Positions 57,116 through 64,000 of a stretch of 64,000 bases of DNA are shown here, one piece after another (the stretch's first letter is position 1; each line of letters opens with the position of its first letter). The position numbers were made by a program, and so were the translations under genes. Location of the stretch: the IMG/VR virus record IMGVR_UViG_3300027763_002462, positions 1 through 64,000 of that record; one strand, 5' to 3'. Source of the DNA: a virus. Its lineage: Duplodnaviria > Caudoviricetes. The notes beneath the pieces are model-generated. The model searched no databases. It had not been told where the DNA came from and saw only the letters and a program-made list of their open reading frames with translations.

Positions 57116-58654
57116 ATGAAAAAAATAGAAGAGAAAATCCAACAACTCGAAACACAAATACTTGAAAACCACATCACAAAAGAAAAAGAGTTGTTGATTA
57201 ACGAAATGAAAAAAATAGGAATAGAAAAATTACCCTATTCTTACTCAGCCCTGAAACAGTTTATTGACCCCGAGACAATGAACTTTCACTATAACAAACA
57301 TTATAAGGGATATGTGGATAAATTGAATGACGCTTTAAATAAAAAGAAATACGGGGATTTAGAGTTAGAACAAATAATCAAAACAATAAGTCGTTTTGAT
57401 AAGACAATAAGAAACAACGCAGGAGGAGCATTTAACCACGCATTGTTTTGGAATATGTTAACACCAACTCCAAAGAAATTAGAAGGAGAATTACTTAAAA
57501 AAATCACAAAACAATTCGGAAGTTTCACTGCGTTCAAGAAACAATTTGATACTGTTGCCAAAGATAGATTCGGTTCAGGGTGGGTATGGTTAGTCCTTAC
57601 TGCCAAGAACACATTAAAGATTATGTCGACTCCAAATCAAGACAATCCTTTAATGAATGTGATTGAAGGTGGTGGGTTTCCAATATTAGGATTAGACTTA
57701 TGGGAACACGCTTATTACTTAAAGTATAGAAACAAGAGAGACGAATATATTGTTAACTTTTGGAAAGTTGTAAATTGGGAATTTGTTTCCAAGTTATACG
57801 AAATGAAAACGGAAACTAAATTAGTAGAATCCGTTAAGTTAGAGAAGTTGATTACAGAATCTAAAGAGGCGAAGTTCTGTGACGCCAAGGAAGTTCAATT
57901 CTACAGAGAACTTATTAATAATTCAAACATTAAGAGAATATACCAAGACGGAGTAACTAATGCTTTAAAAGAAGTGTTTAGTCAATTTTGGGTTGATAGT
58001 ACAAATAAAGAAATGTCAGGGTTTTATGGATTAGAGTCTAAAGAAGGAAGGTCTATTTTAAATAACCTAAACACAAACTTCAACACGTTTTGTTTATTAA
58101 CCAAAGCAATTAATACTCAAATTGAAAAAATAGGTAGACCTGAAAAGAAATTTAATTTTTCTAAAAAAGAAAATAGAACCATTAAAGAAATTAACAGATT
58201 AATGAATGCGTTGTATCATTTCAAAACAGAAATATTCACAAAAAACAACGAGGAGTTTATTAACATAATTAAAGTGTTAAAAAAATTGTGGGATAGAGGA
58301 CAAAAATCTGAAGATGATGTTTTAATTAAAATTGAAAAATATTTTGGGGATTCCGCAAAACTTGAAAAGACTGGAGGACATGGTCAAAAAACCGATGCTC
58401 TCCTTGGTGTTGATTTAACAATTACTTTAAATGAAACAAAATATACCGCTCAGGTTAAACCATTTTCAAGAATAATAAAAGAAGATGGGAAAATTACTGT
58501 AAAAGATACAGGAAATGTTAAACCGTACGACGTTGATTGGTTGATATTTATTAATACAAAATCAAACGAAATTTTGATTTTTGAAAACAACCCGATTAAA
58601 AATCATAATCAATATGTGTTTAATGAGAGTTCATTAATTCATAAAATAGAATAG
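57116..58654 (+). CDS. sodA: Mn/Fe superoxide dismutase with an approximately 270-aa C-terminal extension
   Basis: LPYSYSALK, HYNKHYKGYV, NNAGGAFNHALFW, FGSGWVWL, NQD and DLWEHAYY supply all four metal ligands. GG plus NQD is the Mn-type signature. Confidence 0.88.
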   Translation: MKKIEEKIQQLETQILENHITKEKELLINEMKKIGIEKLPYSYSALKQFIDPETMNFHYNKHYKGYVDKLNDALNKKKYGDLELEQIIKTISRFDKTIRNNAGGAFNHALFWNMLTPTPKKLEGELLKKITKQFGSFTAFKKQFDTVAKDRFGSGWVWLVLTAKNTLKIMSTPNQDNPLMNVIEGGGFPILGLDLWEHAYYLKYRNKRDEYIVNFWKVVNWEFVSKLYEMKTETKLVESVKLEKLITESKEAKFCDAKEVQFYRELINNSNIKRIYQDGVTNALKEVFSQFWVDSTNKEMSGFYGLESKEGRSILNNLNTNFNTFCLLTKAINTQIEKIGRPEKKFNFSKKENRTIKEINRLMNALYHFKTEIFTKNNEEFINIIKVLKKLWDRGQKSEDDVLIKIEKYFGDSAKLEKTGGHGQKTDALLGVDLTITLNETKYTAQVKPFSRIIKEDGKITVKDTGNVKPYDVDWLIFINTKSNEILIFENNPIKNHNQYVFNESSLIHKIE

Positions 58655-58671
58655 TTAAGATATTTATTGAC

Positions 58672-59796
58672 ATGGCAGTATTACCAGAACCAGAAAGAAG
58701 TAGGATATATACGAGAATCAAACATCAGTTAGGTGCACCACTAAGAAGTGTTGAACTTGAAGATGAGATGATGGATTCGTTAATGGAATTAGCAATTGGG
58801 GATTACGAAGAGTATATCCTACAATGGTTAATTGATTCTCAATGGGTTAACTTAGTTAACTTGAATATGAATGAAAGGTCTGTTGCAAGAGCGTTAGTTA
58901 CAAGAACTATGGATTTTGAACAACAGTTTAGTTACGCATATTCTAAAATTGTAGGTCTTCAAACTGAAGGTCCTTGGGTTTTAAAGAAAGATTATTTCGT
59001 TCTTGAGAAGAATGTTCAAACATATGAAATTCCTGCGGGTAGAGAAGTTAATGAACTATTATGGTTTAGTGACCAACCTTGGACTGCGTTTGGAATTGGT
59101 GGAATGGCTGGTGGTTTTGGTGGTATCGGATTAGGTGCCGACCAAGCTGGATTTGCTCAAATGGGTAATCAAGGTTCTTATTTTATGATGTCAGGTTTTG
59201 ATTATTTAATCAGAATGCAAGAAGCCAATATTCTTAATAGAATTTTAGGTGGTTCGATGACTTATAGAATTACAGGTTTACCTGATGGTAAAAAGTTAAT
59301 TCACTTAATGAATACCCCTGGTGGTAAATTTAATTGGTCAAGTTATAGTCAATACGTTGGTAAAGCCGTATGGTATTGGTATTATGATGTTGAACCCGAT
59401 AGTAGAGCCGATTGTCTCAAAAACAATCCTGATATTATTAAATTACCGACAGATGTTCCAATCGAATCTCTTAGTTGGGAGGACTTAAACGTTCCTGGTC
59501 AACAATGGGTGAGAAGATGGTTTACTGCCTATTGTAAAGAAACTTTGGCAAGAGTTAGAGGTAAGTATAGTGGTAACTTAAAAACACCTGATTCTGAAAT
59601 CGTAATGGATTATCAGAGTTTACTTACTGAGGCTAAAGACGAAAAGACCAAATTAATAGATGAACTAACAGGAGCTGAAGGATGGTTGACAAGAATGAGA
59701 CCCGATAAAGTAATGGAACGAGAAGCATTAATTGCAGAAAACTTGAACAAACAAATGAAGTTCAGAGCAATGCCTCGTCAAATATATGTAATTTAA
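58672..59796 (+). CDS. Neck/head-tail adaptor protein (gp13-like)
   Basis: IKHQLGAP...VELEDE, WVRRW..A.CKETL..VRGKY and L..EA..EK..L..EL motifs. Confidence 0.78.
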   Translation: MAVLPEPERSRIYTRIKHQLGAPLRSVELEDEMMDSLMELAIGDYEEYILQWLIDSQWVNLVNLNMNERSVARALVTRTMDFEQQFSYAYSKIVGLQTEGPWVLKKDYFVLEKNVQTYEIPAGREVNELLWFSDQPWTAFGIGGMAGGFGGIGLGADQAGFAQMGNQGSYFMMSGFDYLIRMQEANILNRILGGSMTYRITGLPDGKKLIHLMNTPGGKFNWSSYSQYVGKAVWYWYYDVEPDSRADCLKNNPDIIKLPTDVPIESLSWEDLNVPGQQWVRRWFTAYCKETLARVRGKYSGNLKTPDSEIVMDYQSLLTEAKDEKTKLIDELTGAEGWLTRMRPDKVMEREALIAENLNKQMKFRAMPRQIYVI

Positions 59797-59800
59797 TTTT

Positions 59801-60136
59801 ATGGCAATACTAAAAACAATACCATCAAGAAAAGTAATCAATGGGTTTGTCGTAGACACCTCAGAAATTTCTATAGTATCTGAAAAAGATTATACAACAA
59901 ACGGAGAGTCTTGTATTGTAATTAAAGATGTTTCTGAATCTACAGTTATTTTAAATTCTAAAACAACAGACCATATTGTGGTTAAATCAATGACAAGACT
60001 TACAATCAAACCAGACATCGGTAAAATCGATGAAGACTATGATGAAATAGTTGCTGATAAGTATGCTTGTATTGAATTTAGATTTATGAGTGGAAATTGG
60101 TATATCCTATCTTCAGACGGTTTGAAGCAATCCTAA
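59801..60136 (+). CDS. Hypothetical small beta-rich protein
   Basis: 111 aa ORF whose end overlaps the polymerase stop region convergently by 24 nt. Confidence 0.55.
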   Translation: MAILKTIPSRKVINGFVVDTSEISIVSEKDYTTNGESCIVIKDVSESTVILNSKTTDHIVVKSMTRLTIKPDIGKIDEDYDEIVADKYACIEFRFMSGNWYILSSDGLKQS

Positions 60137-62911
60137 TTTTTCTTCCCAACCTTCCTCGGCTAAATCATACATATAATCTGGCTTAAGACCTCGTCTTTCC
60201 CAATAGTTTAATTCTTGTTCAGTTATATCTAAGACATCTTCTTGTAACTTATCTTGAGAACCCTCATCCAATGGGTGTCCATTAATAAGTTCACACTGAG
60301 TTGTTGTAAAGATTCCTCTATCTTGAGGGTTATCAACAATTAAACCATTTCTAACTTCGTCTTTAAATACAACCATCAAAGGTTCAATTCTTTTATTGAA
60401 CGTTGCAATCGCTCTTGGTACATTATAATCACCAGTTAAGTCAGGGTCGTTATCCAATATATCTTTATCCAACATATAACAGTTTACCATAACACCATCA
60501 GTTATAGGTTTTGACTTAGGATTCATAAGGGAGTTATAAGCATTCGTATCTTTAATTTGTTTTACGGTCATCTTTTGAACATCACCCTGAGATGATTTAG
60601 TTCCGTTGTTAACGTACAAAATAACATCACCTAAATTCACATTTAAATTATTTTTTAATGCCAATTCCATGTGAGCCATTCTACTCATACTGTTACCAGA
60701 TTTAGTCTTTGTAGTTAACCTTTTATTATAATCATCAAGACTTAATTTAACTTTAGCTCTTTGGGCAATCTTACTCAATGGAATTTTTTTATCAAATATG
60801 ATTTGAAGGTATTCATAATAATATTCAACGAAGGCCTTACCATTACCTTGTAATAACATTTTAATACCCTTATCTAAAAACGCCTCAATATATAATGGAA
60901 GTTTTTTTGACTTAATACTATTACCCGTTAACTTAATTTTACCTTTGGAATCCATAACAGCATAATTCTTACGAGCCAAGTTAATACAAGATGGCCATAC
61001 CCCATCGGTGTCAAGAGCCATCTCACCTCTCATGAAGATATCATTGTATTCAGCAACGTCAGCTTCAGGCCCGTAATATTCTTTACCCTCTTTAACCTTC
61101 CAATTCAATCCACGTCCAACATAAACTCTGTCGTTCGCCTCATCAGGAGTAGAAAAGTTCACACCATCCGTATCCATTACCAATGGAACATAACCTTTAG
61201 TCATAAAGAATCTAATCATTTGACGAAGGTATTGTCTACCTGTACAAGTGATTTGTTCCCCCATATACATGTCACCCCAAGCATAAACCTGAGGAGCTGA
61301 TAAAGCACCGAACATCGAGTTAATGAAAATTTTAATTGGCAATTGTTTATTACCATATGATTCAGACTTCTTACGGTCAACATTATAAAACTCTTCGGCA
61401 AGTTGTTTGTATTTGATACGAGTGTTACGGAAATAACTTAACATTCCTTTCATCGCACCTGTTACATCACAATCAGGAAATACATCATGTACTAATTGAA
61501 TAGAGGGGTATAGAGACGAGAAATCGAGCTTAAGTACGTTCTTACTATAACCAACTTTAAGTAGTCGAGAAAGACCTCCTACGAAGTCTGTCTTGGATTC
61601 TTTGGCAGGTATTGCAAGTCCGTGTTTATAAGACCATGCTAACATTAACATTTTCCATAATGTTGCAGTACCCATAGTAGATACTCTTTCATAAGTTGTT
61701 GGAATCATCGCAGCCAACAAGAACGAACCTTGGTTGAACTCTTGGTCTACCTTAAGGGTTTCATCTAAGTCATCGTCAAGATACATCTCAACTAACTTGT
61801 CACCCGCAATCTGATTATAAACATCTGAACGTTTAGAACAAGCGTCATCAATCTTAGAATCAACACCGACTTTCTTATACTTACCATTCTGAATGTTTAA
61901 CCAATAATTTTCTTTCTTTGTATAGAATGGTCCAATATCTGAATGGTCAATATATACACGGTCAGGAGCTTCGGCATTAATGTATTGTGTAATGTATTTC
62001 AAACCCGCGGCTTTAATACTCGAGTTAATCGCCTGAGCTCTACGAACGGCATGAATAATATCAATTACATTGTAACCCCAAATAGAAGTTTGAGTAAAAT
62101 TCTCAACCTCATTGGCAAGTTTCAACATACTATCTTTTCTTGTGAAAGAATGTTCAGGGTGTAATGATTTACAAATCTTCTTTGGGTCGATACCTAAGAT
62201 TCTACATCTTTCGAATATCCAATGCCAGTCGAAGTTCGCTGAATTATATCCACCAATAATACTTGGCTTAAGTTCATTGATTACCTTGAAGAATTCTATG
62301 ATGGCATTTCTCTCTTCAGATTCATCCATACATTCGATTACTCTGTGGTAACCTTTATTGGTTTTAATTCCAATCATGAAGATACGACCGTCCTTAGGTT
62401 CAAGTGCAGTCGTTTCTAAGTCAAATACAAGACGGGTAACCTCTTCATAGTTTTCAAAACCTTTGAATAGTCTTTTTTCTTTTGAAATTAAATATTGTTC
62501 TACAGGAGGTAGAACCATCACTTTATCTTTAGTCTTATCACCCCATGGGTCACATCCACCTTCTCTAAAGAATTGGATTAGTTCTCTGTAACCTTTTAAG
62601 GATTTAACCATGAAAGTCATACCCTTTTGTAATCTTTCATTACTATGGGTTTCTAACTTTTCAATCATGATACCATGTTTGGTCATGGCATCTTTCTGAG
62701 CTGCTTTTGAACCATTGTAAAAGTTAATCTCACGCAAGTCACCAACCCACGCAAACGGTGTGAATGTGTCTTTTCGGATTTCCTTTCCTTTACCAGGGAT
62801 TTCTTTGATTTTGTAAATGCAGTTCTCGCGATAGTCGTATTCGATAGCGACTATAAATTCTTCGGGGTCGTTTCCATGTAGGAACGATTCAATATCTTGG
62901 TCTGTAAACAT
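60113..62911 (-). CDS. Family B DNA polymerase with 3'-5' exonuclease
   Basis: ExoI FDLET, ExoII YNSANFD, PolA DFSSLYPS, PolB K..INSMFG, PolC DTDG and KNYA motifs. Confidence 0.93.
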   Translation of the reverse strand: MFTDQDIESFLHGNDPEEFIVAIEYDYRENCIYKIKEIPGKGKEIRKDTFTPFAWVGDLREINFYNGSKAAQKDAMTKHGIMIEKLETHSNERLQKGMTFMVKSLKGYRELIQFFREGGCDPWGDKTKDKVMVLPPVEQYLISKEKRLFKGFENYEEVTRLVFDLETTALEPKDGRIFMIGIKTNKGYHRVIECMDESEERNAIIEFFKVINELKPSIIGGYNSANFDWHWIFERCRILGIDPKKICKSLHPEHSFTRKDSMLKLANEVENFTQTSIWGYNVIDIIHAVRRAQAINSSIKAAGLKYITQYINAEAPDRVYIDHSDIGPFYTKKENYWLNIQNGKYKKVGVDSKIDDACSKRSDVYNQIAGDKLVEMYLDDDLDETLKVDQEFNQGSFLLAAMIPTTYERVSTMGTATLWKMLMLAWSYKHGLAIPAKESKTDFVGGLSRLLKVGYSKNVLKLDFSSLYPSIQLVHDVFPDCDVTGAMKGMLSYFRNTRIKYKQLAEEFYNVDRKKSESYGNKQLPIKIFINSMFGALSAPQVYAWGDMYMGEQITCTGRQYLRQMIRFFMTKGYVPLVMDTDGVNFSTPDEANDRVYVGRGLNWKVKEGKEYYGPEADVAEYNDIFMRGEMALDTDGVWPSCINLARKNYAVMDSKGKIKLTGNSIKSKKLPLYIEAFLDKGIKMLLQGNGKAFVEYYYEYLQIIFDKKIPLSKIAQRAKVKLSLDDYNKRLTTKTKSGNSMSRMAHMELALKNNLNVNLGDVILYVNNGTKSSQGDVQKMTVKQIKDTNAYNSLMNPKSKPITDGVMVNCYMLDKDILDNDPDLTGDYNVPRAIATFNKRIEPLMVVFKDEVRNGLIVDNPQDRGIFTTTQCELINGHPLDEGSQDKLQEDVLDITEQELNYWERRGLKPDYMYDLAEEGWEEKLGLLQTV

Positions 62912-62981
62912 ATGTAATATACGAGTGGTTTATTGGCAATCACAATATTGTGAAGTTCACCTTACTCATCTTACATAAATA
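62911..62981 (-). promoter_or_regulatory. Structured 5' leader of the DNA polymerase gene
   Basis: Nested stems tatgtaa/ttacata, atgagt/actcgt and ggt/acc around the perfect 14-bp palindrome TCACAATATTGTGA (62940-62953). Confidence 0.6.
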
Positions 62982-63006
62982 TAGAAAATTAAATTGGTTA
63001 ATCAAA

Positions 63007-63384
63007 TTAACAACAAGCAGTTTCTGAAATAAAACTATCTTGGATATTAATATAAAGTTCCTCTCTGATTGGTAGAATTAAATTCCCTTCGTCGTTTTTA
63101 ATTAAAAATTGACCTTGGTATCTACCAGGAGTATTTGTATCTCTTGCAGTAAATTTAAAATAAATGTAATACTCGGGGTCAGCACCTTCAGGTAAAATTA
63201 AATTTACAATTTCAGCAGGAGCAGAAACAATTTTAGGAATTCCAGTTTCTACCTCAACCATAGTGAAAAATATAGTAGAAACCTCCAAGTCTTGCATAAG
63301 TTGCAAATAACCTGACCTTCCGTCTTTTACAACCTGCATTTTTAATACAGGTAAAGTTGCATTCTTTTTTATATAAAATTCCAT
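63007..63384 (-). CDS. BppU N-terminal-like Ig-fold protein (putative)
   Basis: FYIKKNATLP.L and Y.F...DT.TPG.Y.GQF.I pattern. Confidence 0.5.
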   Translation of the reverse strand: MEFYIKKNATLPVLKMQVVKDGRSGYLQLMQDLEVSTIFFTMVEVETGIPKIVSAPAEIVNLILPEGADPEYYIYFKFTARDTNTPGRYQGQFLIKNDEGNLILPIREELYINIQDSFISETACC

Positions 63385-63400
63385 AACAATAAATATACTG

Positions 63401-64000
63401 TTATGATTCTTTACGCAGCTCTCTGTTATAATGTTCGAATCTATCGTGTTCTGTTGGTGTCATAAGTAACAACCCAGGGTACAACTCATCTTTTTTAACT
63501 AACTGATACATATGACTCATCCATGTTTGTTCAAACGGATGTGCCCATGTTGTATCTAAGAACATTTTTTTATTTCCTGGTCTACTAACAATCTGAGGCC
63601 AGTTACAATAATAAACGTCACCAACTGCATATGGAACACCCTTGTGGGATAACACAGCATTGAATTCTGTTTTTGGAGCATTAGGGTCAAGTCCCATTTC
63701 TGGAAGTCTTGGTTTACCTGGCCAAAACTCATCTCTTACATGTTGAGGAACATTGTACCAAGCCCACTGAGTTCCATTGTCTCCATAAAACTCAGAATAA
63801 TTCATCTTTAAAAAATCAAAATTTTCTTTCTTAATAATTTCTAAAGACTTTGTATATAAATTGGAAACATATCGATTGAATCCATTCCTACAAGATGTCC
63901 CTTCATTTGGAAAGAAGAACATATCGTCCTCAAAGAATAAATAATAATCTAAATCAGTTTTATCAAAATGTTCGGCAATCCATTGTCTACCACCACATAT
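63401..64000 (-). CDS. GT-A fold glycosyltransferase-like protein, 5' end outside the window
   Basis: The frame is open to the window edge: ICGGRQWIAEHFDKTDLDYYLFFEDDMFF, a typical GT-A hydrophobic strand followed by EDD. Confidence 0.6.
   Translation of the reverse strand: MCGGRQWIAEHFDKTDLDYYLFFEDDMFFFPNEGTSCRNGFNRYVSNLYTKSLEIIKKENFDFLKMNYSEFYGDNGTQWAWYNVPQHVRDEFWPGKPRLPEMGLDPNAPKTEFNAVLSHKGVPYAVGDVYYCNWPQIVSRPGNKKMFLDTTWAHPFEQTWMSHMYQLVKKDELYPGLLLMTPTEHDRFEHYNRELRKES

Noticed and set aside
7273-62351. Many 60-130 aa ORFs nested in or antisense to long genes (for example 25414..25680, 29071..29466, 32004..32381, 50317..50619, 57301..57612)
   Set aside because: They lie fully inside well-supported genes, have no motifs or upstream signals, and are expected by chance from codon bias.
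22566-62911. Introns or inteins in nrdA, nrdB, helicase, UvsX or polymerase
   Set aside because: All are uninterrupted and of ordinary length, with no intein splice-junction or LAGLIDADG motifs seen.
1-64000. Stop-codon reassignment as seen in some large phages
   Set aside because: Conserved genes are full length in code 11, and TAG and TGA serve as real stops (for example TAG for SOD and the HAD gene, TGA for the gp26-like gene).
1-64000. tRNA, rRNA, integrase, transposase, reverse transcriptase or DGR
   Set aside because: Intergenic gaps are short (mostly under about 120 nt), with no cloverleaf or catalytic motifs recognised by eye. A tRNAscan/Infernal run would be needed to exclude small RNAs fully.

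Overview
This 64 kb, AT-rich window comes from a large lytic myovirus (T4-like, probably a 'huge' phage) and reads cleanly in genetic code 11. Most genes are on the minus strand. From left to right it holds: (1) fibre/adhesin genes (a Pro-free Gly-X-Y collagen-like protein that runs off the left edge and is missed by the ORF track, a Thr-Pro mucin-like protein, a SprB-repeat protein); (2) baseplate genes; (3) a replication/recombination block (nrdA, nrdB, DnaB/gp41-like helicase, RNase H/FEN, UvsX, an HNH endonuclease, gp32-like SSB); (4) hub, tape-measure, tube and sheath genes; (5) neck genes, an SNF2 helicase, a Mn/Fe superoxide dismutase fused to a nuclease-like domain, a family B DNA polymerase and a partial glycosyltransferase. 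A Bacteroidota host is inferred from the SprB repeats, the RNR subtype and the absence of Shine-Dalgarno sequences. The most notable signals are these. A TATTTAT motif precedes about 16 genes and is a candidate phage late promoter; in three cases it lies exactly 4 nt before the ATG. At four genes (HNH, SOD, DNA polymerase, Thr-Pro protein) it sits within hairpins that cover or abut the start codon. There is also a candidate +1/-2 frameshift (UUU_UUU_CGU) in the gp26/gp51-like pair, and an OmpA-like domain inserted into a tube-initiator-like baseplate protein. All assignments come from reading motifs by eye; no database searches were run.
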